Shown: positions 18,416 to 26,866 of the stretch, piece by piece
How the letters are laid out: every line of letters begins with the position of its first letter
How positions within the stretch are numbered: the stretch's first letter is position 1
IMG/VR virus record: IMGVR_UViG_3300043468_001540
Coordinates: 1 to 64,000 of that record
DNA from: a virus
DNA: 64,000 nt
Direction: 5' to 3' (one strand)
The notes under the pieces: model-generated
The model's input: the letters and a program-made list of their open reading frames with translations, nothing else
What the model was told of the DNA's origin: nothing
The model's database searches: none
Made by a program: the position numbers and the translations under genes

Positions 18416-19137
18416 TAAAGATTTATTGAGTCAGAGTTTTTAGAATGAACTATTGCAGCATAAGGTTTTAGAAGTTTGTAATTTAACTTCTGATCTCCTT
18501 GACTAGAAATATTTAATATAAAGTCGCTGTCAATATTTAAATTTAATAAATTATAACTCGCCATAACTTTATAAAGAGCCATATCATAATTTAGCTTTAA
18601 ATAATCAGCTTTAATATCATTAAAGCATTTATTAACGGTAGAAACAAAGTCATTTGATCTATTGTAAACGGCCACTCCGTTCATATGATTTTTATAAAAA
18701 TTCTTCTTTTCAGGATTTTCTATGTGAGAGAAAGTTGACTTTCCATAATAAGAAGACCCGTAAATATACCATTTGTTTTTTATTTTATTTAAATCTTTAT
18801 TCAAGGTCTCAATAAAACCTGTCTTTAAAGCACAATCAGTTTCAAGTAAAATAACCCTTGGGTGTTCTTCGTGCCTATAATTCATCAAAAATCTAAAACA
18901 ATACGTGGTAGGATTTTCATATTTATTATCAATAATAAAAACCATTTTTTTGAATAAAGATCTAAAATCAGAAATCTTATTTATTAAATCCTGAGAACCA
19001 TGGTCAAAAAAAATATAAATTGGAACGCCAGCTGAATTCAAAATTCGGTAATTTTTTTGTAAAAAATTATATAACCGATTACTTTCTAATTCTTTTCTCT
19101 GGCTTTGAATAAAAATAGCGTCGATGTTATTATTCAT
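18412..19137 (-). CDS. Glycosyltransferase-like (GT-A) protein
   Basis: LLETDC (ExD), IYGSSY, HMNGVAVY, C-terminal IVH. Confidence 0.45.
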   Translation of the reverse strand: MNNNIDAIFIQSQRKELESNRLYNFLQKNYRILNSAGVPIYIFFDHGSQDLINKISDFRSLFKKMVFIIDNKYENPTTYCFRFLMNYRHEEHPRVILLETDCALKTGFIETLNKDLNKIKNKWYIYGSSYYGKSTFSHIENPEKKNFYKNHMNGVAVYNRSNDFVSTVNKCFNDIKADYLKLNYDMALYKVMASYNLLNLNIDSDFILNISSQGDQKLNYKLLKPYAAIVHSKNSDSINLY

Positions 19138-19139
19138 TT

Positions 19140-20126
19140 TTATAGTTCATAATAATCGTTAAAAATTTTAACAGACTCTGTCTTTAATACAGCTGGAATT
19201 GTTTTTTTAAAAAACGGTATCCCAATATCCTCTAAAAACTTAGAGATAGCCAATATTTTATTAAAATTAAAAATAGATAAGTCTTCGTAAAAAGAAAAGC
19301 TATCTGTATTTATTTTTAAAATTTTTCTACAAAATTTATCTAAAAAAAGATGGATTTTAATCTTATTCTCATTACTTAAATTCCTGTTGTCCAGCTCCTT
19401 TAAGAAGGATTTGAAAAGTGGGTGAACTTTTAAATACTGAACCTTCCGTGATTCAAATAATTTTATATCATTATGGCTTAAATCAGAGTTATAATTTAGA
19501 ATATTTAAAAATTTTTCTAAAAAATTCTCGCCCATTAAGTCAAGCGCGTCAGAGTCAAGCGCGAAAATTCCGCCTTGAAAGGATTGAATGGAATTCTTTA
19601 TATTATCAAATAATTCAATTGTATCCAACCATGTACAGAAATCATTGAAATCATTAAAAAATGGTCGCCGCCCTCCAGAAGAATGTAATAAGAATAAATT
19701 CTCAATAGTATTAAAAATATTAGAGTATTGAAAAATAAAAAACAAATTAAAATGTTCCGTTAAACGTTCTTTTAAAACCGATAATTCTAGACTTTTAATA
19801 GTAAAAAAAGCTGGGATAATAATCAAAGCATTCTCCTCTGATGCATCATTAATTTCTTTAATAGTTAAATCGATATAAGTATTAAATAACTCATCAACCA
19901 TTTTAGATTCTTCGGCATTTTTTTTAGGATCAAGATTGAAATAACTAGAAATTAATTGCTTAGATAGAAAACTATGTCTATAGTTATGCGTTTCGCATAT
20001 TGGAGCTTGCGGGTATACAAACGATTTATCGAAATTGGATTTATTATTATAAATATAAGTACCTAATCTGTGGCCATAGTTTTCGGTTATTTCTGCGAAT
20101 AAATATAAATTTTTTTTATTACTCAT
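19140..20126 (-). CDS. Hypothetical protein
   Basis: 328-aa ORF. Confidence 0.65.
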   Translation of the reverse strand: MSNKKNLYLFAEITENYGHRLGTYIYNNKSNFDKSFVYPQAPICETHNYRHSFLSKQLISSYFNLDPKKNAEESKMVDELFNTYIDLTIKEINDASEENALIIIPAFFTIKSLELSVLKERLTEHFNLFFIFQYSNIFNTIENLFLLHSSGGRRPFFNDFNDFCTWLDTIELFDNIKNSIQSFQGGIFALDSDALDLMGENFLEKFLNILNYNSDLSHNDIKLFESRKVQYLKVHPLFKSFLKELDNRNLSNENKIKIHLFLDKFCRKILKINTDSFSFYEDLSIFNFNKILAISKFLEDIGIPFFKKTIPAVLKTESVKIFNDYYEL

Positions 20127-20137
20127 CTTAGTTTTTA

Positions 20138-20602
20138 TTAATTATTTTTTTTGGCTAAGTTATTTAGTGCGTTAAGTTGTTCAAGTGATGTAAAATATTC
20201 AATAATTTTTATATACCAGCTATCAATAATAGAAGCTAAATTTTTTTCTGTTAATTCTATTTTGTTTTCTACCATTAAATTAGAGACTCTTTCGTGCTCG
20301 CTAAAATTCCATAAATAGTCTGAAATATACTTCATTACTTTTGTTTTATCTTTAAATGATAATATCTCTTCTTCTATTTTTTTGAAATAGAAAGTTTTAT
20401 CCTTTCTTTTATTTATTTTTTTAAAGATTTGGTGCATCACTATATATTCTTTAGTACTTTTAACATAACATCCATAGATACAATAAAATAAATTTTTAAT
20501 TTTAACATTTTTATTACTGGACCCGACGGGGTTTTTAGATATAAATGTTGAAGGAATAGCGTCAAAAACGATTTGATATTTAAAATTTTTAAAACTTTCC
20601 AT
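20138..20602 (-). CDS. Hypothetical protein
   Basis: 154-aa ORF. Confidence 0.6.
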   Translation of the reverse strand: MESFKNFKYQIVFDAIPSTFISKNPVGSSNKNVKIKNLFYCIYGCYVKSTKEYIVMHQIFKKINKRKDKTFYFKKIEEEILSFKDKTKVMKYISDYLWNFSEHERVSNLMVENKIELTEKNLASIIDSWYIKIIEYFTSLEQLNALNNLAKKNN

Positions 20603-20652
20603 TATAATATTATTATTTATATAGATGTTTCTATATAAAATATTTAATTATT

Positions 20653-21687
20653 TTAAAATACTGTAATGTCTCCGAGCTGTTTTAATGCCCTGTTAATAGT
20701 TTTAACCTCTAATACATCTATGCCTTTAAATTTTGAGATTTCTTGCAGGGCATTTTTAAAATAAACAGCATGTTTTAAAATGAAATTTTTAAATTCACTA
20801 TCTTGAAAATATAAAGAAGATATACGTTCTTCATCTAAAATTGGTAAAAAGAATTTCATGTAATCGTCATTTCTTTTTATAATGGGTAAACTCCCGTGAT
20901 AGTTATTTTCTTGCTCAAAAAATTTTGTGACTTCTTTAGAAGAATGCTTTTTGAACATATCTTTTAGCTTGTCTTCTAAGCTTCCATTCTTTAATGTCGC
21001 TAGTAATTTAGTAGGATTCGTTTTTGAAGGTAGTACGTCAAACACGTCGCCGCCCTCGTTATAAACCTCTAAGGCATAATCTAATCTACGAGGAGACACT
21101 AATTTTTTAAAATCTTTTGGAAGTCCATTCCACCATTCTACGGCTGATTTAGAATGATCTTTGCCATATTTTTTATCAAAATATTCCGAATCAGGAGAAT
21201 CGGGCATTTTAATTTGTATTTGAAATCTATCTTGTTGGGCAGGATCTAATTCTTCAACATCATAATCATCGGAATCTTCGTCGTTTGGATTTATCGCCGC
21301 CCAAACAACTTTTAAATTTGGAAACTTACGGCCATTTATACTTTTAAATTGAATCAATTCCATTGTGGCATTTTTTACTTTTTTATGGCTACGATTATAT
21401 TCGTCAATAAATATAGCTTCGACTTTATCATCTGCCATTTGTTCTGGTAACACGAAAGATAATACATAATTATTATCTTTTTTAACTTCTTTGGGGATTC
21501 CAATAAAATCTACCCATGGATCTAGAGTAGCTCCAGAAAAATATAACCATTTTCCACAATTTTCGGTGAAAATTTCGGTAATCATGGAAGTTTTTCCGGT
21601 CCCATGCCTTCCCTCAAGTAAGACATTCTTGCCAGATTTGAAATAATTTACTAATTTTTGTTTTATTTCAGAGTATTGTTGCATCAT
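20653..21687 (-). CDS. MoxR-like AAA+ ATPase
   Basis: Walker A GRHGTGKT, Walker B IFIDEYNR, AAINP, LDPAQQDRF, SPRR. Confidence 0.9.
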   Translation of the reverse strand: MMQQYSEIKQKLVNYFKSGKNVLLEGRHGTGKTSMITEIFTENCGKWLYFSGATLDPWVDFIGIPKEVKKDNNYVLSFVLPEQMADDKVEAIFIDEYNRSHKKVKNATMELIQFKSINGRKFPNLKVVWAAINPNDEDSDDYDVEELDPAQQDRFQIQIKMPDSPDSEYFDKKYGKDHSKSAVEWWNGLPKDFKKLVSPRRLDYALEVYNEGGDVFDVLPSKTNPTKLLATLKNGSLEDKLKDMFKKHSSKEVTKFFEQENNYHGSLPIIKRNDDYMKFFLPILDEERISSLYFQDSEFKNFILKHAVYFKNALQEISKFKGIDVLEVKTINRALKQLGDITVF

Positions 21688-21702
21688 ATAATATGGTATT
21701 AT

Positions 21703-22938
21703 TTATTCGAAATTTTGCAAGTCATAAATTTTACATCCATTGGGAATATATTCTTTAGAAGAATTCTCTGTTAAAAACCATGACCACTTTTTAATTTGAT
21801 TTTGGGGTATATTAATTTTATCTCCGTAGCCATCAGTTAAAATCCACACATATGGACATTGTTTCTTATTTAAATAAATAAAATTACCAATAATTTTAAA
21901 ACTAGTTCCACCACCTCCAATTATATTATTGTTTGCTAAATTAACAGGGTGAATTTTAGTGTCAAAAAAATAATATTTTACATCAAAAATTTCTGGATCT
22001 AGGCTTTTAGCTGCTTTAAAAAAGCGATCTGCTAAATTCCAGCAACTACCACTTGTATCCATAAAAAACCATGTTTCTATTTTCTCTCCGTGGCTTTTTC
22101 TAATCGATGATTCTATTTCTGAGGGTATAAAAAGACTTGAGTTTAAATTAGAAACACGTCTATTTTTATAGACCCAATGAGTATCTTCAAGTTCTATTTT
22201 TTTAATTTTTTTCTCAAACTTTTTAATCACTGATTCCCACTTTTTTTTCTTTGAAACATGGCCTAAAATATAAGATTTTCGTAAATTACCGTCAAAAGTA
22301 CCACGCAATTGGGACTCTTCTTTTTTTGAATTTTTTTCGGAATCTTCAGCTATATTTTGAATAACCTCAAGCTCTTCTTGCGAAATATTATCAAACAATT
22401 CTTTCGAAATTTTATCCTCTATTTCTTTTAGACCATTATGGTCATTAAATATTTTAAAATTAGGTTGGCTTATTTTAGGCTTACTGTTTAACTTGTTTAA
22501 GTAATACTCAAAATTATGCCATAGCTCAACGTTGTCTTCTTTTTCAAAGCATGTGTCTAGCCAGCAATACTCATTTTTGGGGTCAATTTCTTTTCTATTA
22601 AAATTAAAATATTTAACAAGAGATTCGTTCACGACTATATCCATAGCTTGATTTGCTTGAATCGTAAATTTACCATTAACCCTTTTCGAATGTAAGTTAA
22701 TAACGTGCCAGCACTCGTGCGCTATAATAAATTTTTTATTATGCTCTGACTGGTTTTTCCAGAAATCTGGGTTTATTAAAAATTGTATACAGTTATTATT
22801 GTTATCAAAACTAACCGCCGCAGTTTCAATTTCTGAAGAGAATACTGGTCTAGATATTTTCCAGAATTTATAAAATATGGAATGATACTCAATTAACGAG
22901 TTTAAGATTGACTTGAATTCCTCACTATCAAAGTTCAT
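21703..22938 (-). CDS. Metallopeptidase-like + vWA domain protein (DUF2201-like)
   Basis: HECWH (HExxH), N.A.D..VN, MIDAS DTSGS, GGGTSF, LTDGY. Confidence 0.88.
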   Translation of the reverse strand: MNFDSEEFKSILNSLIEYHSIFYKFWKISRPVFSSEIETAAVSFDNNNNCIQFLINPDFWKNQSEHNKKFIIAHECWHVINLHSKRVNGKFTIQANQAMDIVVNESLVKYFNFNRKEIDPKNEYCWLDTCFEKEDNVELWHNFEYYLNKLNSKPKISQPNFKIFNDHNGLKEIEDKISKELFDNISQEELEVIQNIAEDSEKNSKKEESQLRGTFDGNLRKSYILGHVSKKKKWESVIKKFEKKIKKIELEDTHWVYKNRRVSNLNSSLFIPSEIESSIRKSHGEKIETWFFMDTSGSCWNLADRFFKAAKSLDPEIFDVKYYFFDTKIHPVNLANNNIIGGGGTSFKIIGNFIYLNKKQCPYVWILTDGYGDKINIPQNQIKKWSWFLTENSSKEYIPNGCKIYDLQNFE

Positions 22939-23227
22939 TTTTATTATGAAGGACTTTATCTATTTCTCGTTCTAATTCAGATGCTAATGAGTAAAATCCA
23001 GCATTTGCTAAAATAGACGAAGTTAAAAGAATTAAATGCTCGGATTCGGAATTCATTTCAGAATGATTAAGTTCTAAAATTATACTTAGATCGGTGCTTA
23101 AGCTTTGATCTGCGAAGCGTTTTTCTATGCACTGAGTTGCAACTTCAATGGGAGGTGTTTCTTTATCTAAAAGAATAGATTCTGTCCAGCCAGCGCTTTT
23201 TAAATTCCATTTGACGACCATAATCAA
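22928..23227 (-). CDS. Hypothetical protein
   Basis: 99 aa, overlaps the start of the vWA gene. Confidence 0.6.
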   Translation of the reverse strand: MIMVVKWNLKSAGWTESILLDKETPPIEVATQCIEKRFADQSLSTDLSIILELNHSEMNSESEHLILLTSSILANAGFYSLASELEREIDKVLHNKNEL

Positions 23228-23265
23228 ATGGTATCGTATTTTTATATAAAATCAATGTTTTATTT

Positions 23266-24252
23266 CTACCAAGATTTACAAGCCCAATATCTAGCTTTCC
23301 ATTTAGGGCCGGGATTTTCACAGTTATGTCTAGCGCGGAAACTCTTTCTTCTTGCTGGGATGTTTTTCTTTATTTTCATATTTGGATCCCCAAATCTAAC
23401 AATAACTACATTCCCACTTTCATTTTTAACATATACAGCAAACTTTTTTGGTCCTCCTGGGGTTCTAAATGGTTTATTTAATGTGACTTTTCTCCCTTGG
23501 TATTCAGAACCTTGAGCTTTTTCCCAAGCTTTTTTATCAGGGCGGTCTTTATCGCCAGGTTTCGCTGGGCGATAATTTTTGCCCTCTCTTTGTTTCTTCT
23601 TTCTTATATTTTCCCATAATCCGGGTCTTTTAGCGGAAATATCGTATTCTTCTAATTCCGATTCATCAAATAAAACCTCTGCTAAAGTTACATATTCGGG
23701 CTCTTCTGGTATATAAAGGTTATACTCATTAACCTCTTCCGCGCTAGCGTCTAATTCTTCGTCTGTATCTTCTTCTTCCATCTCACCCTCATCTTCCCCT
23801 TCTTCGTCCGTTTCCTGTGCAAACATAACATAATTGTGAACTGTAATCATGTAATCTTCCGCAAGAGCAAGCTGTTGCTGTAAGAAGGGTTCTGTTAAAT
23901 TATCTTTAATTTGAGGGTTAGATTGTATTCCGGCTAAAATATTTTCAGCATGTTTCTTAATAGACGCTATTGATCCTAAAGCCATCTCCAAAAATTCGTT
24001 TTTATACTCTACAAGTTCTTCTTCTTCAATGGCTTTTATACTAATATTTTTAGAAGAATTTAATATTAAAACTTCATTATCACCATCGCCAACACACGCT
24101 ACCGCGCTTGCCTTTGCTTCTTTCCATTGGGAGTAGCACACGGCAACTCTTTGCTTTTGGTCTGGAAAGTCTTTATTCATTGTTTCATTCCCGGCACAAC
24201 GAGAAATGAAATCACTTTGTTTTTCACTCTTATTGGGTTTTGGCAATGGCAT
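23266..24252 (-). CDS. Modular phage protein (MPLPKP..FISRC N-terminus, acidic linker, basic C-terminal domain)
   Basis: PGLWENIR.K module and FGDPNM...RRKSFRARHNC...ARYWACKSW module; GTGTAATA upstream. Confidence 0.75.
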   Translation of the reverse strand: MPLPKPNKSEKQSDFISRCAGNETMNKDFPDQKQRVAVCYSQWKEAKASAVACVGDGDNEVLILNSSKNISIKAIEEEELVEYKNEFLEMALGSIASIKKHAENILAGIQSNPQIKDNLTEPFLQQQLALAEDYMITVHNYVMFAQETDEEGEDEGEMEEEDTDEELDASAEEVNEYNLYIPEEPEYVTLAEVLFDESELEEYDISAKRPGLWENIRKKKQREGKNYRPAKPGDKDRPDKKAWEKAQGSEYQGRKVTLNKPFRTPGGPKKFAVYVKNESGNVVIVRFGDPNMKIKKNIPARRKSFRARHNCENPGPKWKARYWACKSW

Positions 24253-24260
24253 ATATAAGA

Positions 24261-24272
24261 TATATTACACTT
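24261..24272 (-). promoter_or_regulatory. Putative late-promoter motif
   Basis: AAGTGTAATATA, 8 nt upstream of ATG 24252. Confidence 0.5.
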
Positions 24273-24275
24273 ATT

Positions 24276-25067
24276 TTAGTCTTTATCGTCAACGAAATGA
24301 ATGTTAGAAAATTTTGAAAGAGACGCTTCAAATACAGATTTATTTTTAAAATAAATATTATTATATAAATACACTTCTCTTTCTAGAAATAATCCACATA
24401 TAGCGAAGTGAAGCCTATTCGTATGAATAATCTTATATCTAGATGCTTTTTCAAAGTAATCATAAAAAGTATCGCAATTAAGAACTGGGTCTTCTTCTAA
24501 AGAAAGATTCTTTATGTTTAGTTTTACATTTTTTTCAATATCATCTCTAAAAAAATACCCCTTTTCTGATATTATGGGGCGTTTAATAAAGCTTTCTATC
24601 TTTGAATCGATTTCAAAACCTAGAGCTAAATCATGACAAAAAATTGCTTTTGGTTCGAAAAATGTACTATAATTGTCTCTTCTAAACATTTTGAAAAATG
24701 TACTATCATCTTTTGAGGTCCATGTTTGTGGTAAAATTACCATGTTTTTATGATTTTTATCGCATAAAATTTTAGTAAATCTTCTTAATTTCTGTGGATT
24801 ATGTACGATACTTTTATAAAAGTCCCCCATATTCCCACCCCCAGACCAAAAAGTAACGTCACTCTTAACGATATTTTTTTCTCTCTGTGACGGAGTATCT
24901 GCTGGAAATGTATTTATAATAGAAATGTCAAATTTTTTCATTAATTGGATTGCTCCTTCCCAAATAAGCCAATCACCAGCATTACCAAAAGGATACGCAA
25001 TATTCGCTATACATCCAGAATATTCTGAAAATAAATGACTAAAGTCATTTTTATTGTAAAGTTCCAT
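24276..25067 (-). CDS. Polysaccharide pyruvyltransferase-like protein
   Basis: GNAGDWLI, SGGGNMG, LPQT, RD..S, HDLA, TNRLHFAI. Confidence 0.85.
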   Translation of the reverse strand: MELYNKNDFSHLFSEYSGCIANIAYPFGNAGDWLIWEGAIQLMKKFDISIINTFPADTPSQREKNIVKSDVTFWSGGGNMGDFYKSIVHNPQKLRRFTKILCDKNHKNMVILPQTWTSKDDSTFFKMFRRDNYSTFFEPKAIFCHDLALGFEIDSKIESFIKRPIISEKGYFFRDDIEKNVKLNIKNLSLEEDPVLNCDTFYDYFEKASRYKIIHTNRLHFAICGLFLEREVYLYNNIYFKNKSVFEASLSKFSNIHFVDDKD

Positions 25068-25082
25068 AAATGTTATAAAATC

Positions 25083-26864
25083 TTAAATTTTATTTAAAAA
25101 TAATTTTATTTTTTCGATGTCCGCTAAAAATGGAGTGTCCCGTTTAACTTCGAAAATAAGACTATGGTAATCCATGCCAACGGCTTTTGCTAAACTAGCA
25201 TAATATGCATAAATATGAAAAGATGGAAGTAATTCAATTAATGTAGATCCTTTTTGACAGAAACAACAGTCTGCTAAATTTGAACCATGTACGCCCATAA
25301 CAATTTTAGCTTCATTAAAAATCTGCGGTAAATTTTCTGTTTTATGGGGTATAATTATTTCAAATCCTTCCGAAGAAAGAAATTCGCATAATTCTTTCTC
25401 GTTATTCATATTTCTTTGCGCCTCAGATCTAGAAATATAAATTTTTCTAAAAGGTTTAATATTATCTTCTAAATTAAAGATAGGTCGTAAAAAATTAAAG
25501 CTACCTTTTCTAAACACCCTGCCTGAACCTCTGAATGTTGGTACATACAGAGAATCAAATTGGTACAAAGATTCATTCGGAATTTCTAGTAATTGATTAT
25601 CTTTATACCCCAAATATTTTTTAAACACGTTAAAATGGCGAAAATTTTTATGTGGAAGAACTATATATTCAAAATCCTCAATTTTGATGGGTAGCTTATT
25701 TTTTATAATTTCTAATTTGGGTAGCTCATCCAAAAGAATATGACCATATACACTATCAAATAAAGATTTGATATACAAACATTTACCATTTAATTTTTTA
25801 ATTTCTTTTGCTTTACTAAATTTTGCATAATTTTGAAGAAAAAATAGGGTTTGTCTTTGGTCTCTATTTAATCTATTACCTATCCATGAAGTTTCATTAA
25901 TCGCAAATTTTTGAAAATTAAAAACCATTCCATCATTACCAGCAAACCCAAGTGGAAGATGGAGGAGACCATTGCTTGGAATATAATTTTGTTTCTCAAG
26001 ATGTAGGTTATCAGATAATTCAGATTTTTCATAAGTAAAAATATCTTCTGGCTCATATTCTAGCCAATCAATATTAGAGTTAGACTTATCTATATCTATT
26101 TCGCCGAAATTTTTTTCAATTGTCTGAATCGTGCTATCTAGTTCTCCTGATTGATATACCAATCCACACATATTTTTATCTCTAACTTGAAATTTCTTAT
26201 AATTTGTAGAGCTTTTGGCGTCATGACATAACATGATGGATTTAACAATATCCCGTTTAATTAAAGAATTAAAAAAATGATCAATTGGGTGAATAAAATT
26301 TTTTTTATCGTAAAAAATTTCAACAGCGATTTTAGCAAAATTTTTATTTACCAACATGGCATGAGTTTGGAGAACTTGGGCTCCATAAATTATATTTTTG
26401 AGACCACCTATAGATTCTGCCTCAGATTTGTCAAAAATCCATCTTTTATCGTCACCACTTGACCAATACCATCCGCCTAAATATAGAATGTCAAAATCGT
26501 CGGCATCTAAAGACAGGGTATCTATCTCCTTTGTGAAATTTGAATGTAGAATTATATCATCTTCAAATATTAAATGAAAAGGTTTTTCGTTATTTAAAAA
26601 ATTTTCTAATATACTAATATGGGCAAAAGCGCACGATAGTTCATTATCAGTGGCTTTAGTTTTTAAGAAATTATCATTCCCACTCTTTTTATAAAGTATT
26701 TCTCTTATATTTGACTCTTTTACATCTGTAGCCGCATGTCTAGTTATATTTTTAAATCCACCCGTCTTTAACTGGATAAAAGAATTCGCATATCGAGATG
26801 GGTATTTATTTAAATTAATAATACTTGCTTCGATTTCCAATAAATTATTTGTATCTAATTTCAT
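25083..26864 (-). CDS. Bifunctional glycosyltransferase, GT25 + GT61 (DUF563)
   Basis: N-half: INL...R, C...H, IFEDD, DILYLG, THA. C-half: YGH.LLD.LP, KIYISR....R...NE, GVHGSNL, LIEL. Confidence 0.82.
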   Translation of the reverse strand: MKLDTNNLLEIEASIINLNKYPSRYANSFIQLKTGGFKNITRHAATDVKESNIREILYKKSGNDNFLKTKATDNELSCAFAHISILENFLNNEKPFHLIFEDDIILHSNFTKEIDTLSLDADDFDILYLGGWYWSSGDDKRWIFDKSEAESIGGLKNIIYGAQVLQTHAMLVNKNFAKIAVEIFYDKKNFIHPIDHFFNSLIKRDIVKSIMLCHDAKSSTNYKKFQVRDKNMCGLVYQSGELDSTIQTIEKNFGEIDIDKSNSNIDWLEYEPEDIFTYEKSELSDNLHLEKQNYIPSNGLLHLPLGFAGNDGMVFNFQKFAINETSWIGNRLNRDQRQTLFFLQNYAKFSKAKEIKKLNGKCLYIKSLFDSVYGHILLDELPKLEIIKNKLPIKIEDFEYIVLPHKNFRHFNVFKKYLGYKDNQLLEIPNESLYQFDSLYVPTFRGSGRVFRKGSFNFLRPIFNLEDNIKPFRKIYISRSEAQRNMNNEKELCEFLSSEGFEIIIPHKTENLPQIFNEAKIVMGVHGSNLADCCFCQKGSTLIELLPSFHIYAYYASLAKAVGMDYHSLIFEVKRDTPFLADIEKIKLFLNKI

Positions 26865-26866
26865 TA

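Noticed and set aside
20616-20639. TTTATATAG-N6-CTATATAAA inverted repeat as a terminator or operator
   Set aside because: Almost entirely A/T in an AT-rich genome, so likely by chance; weak stem
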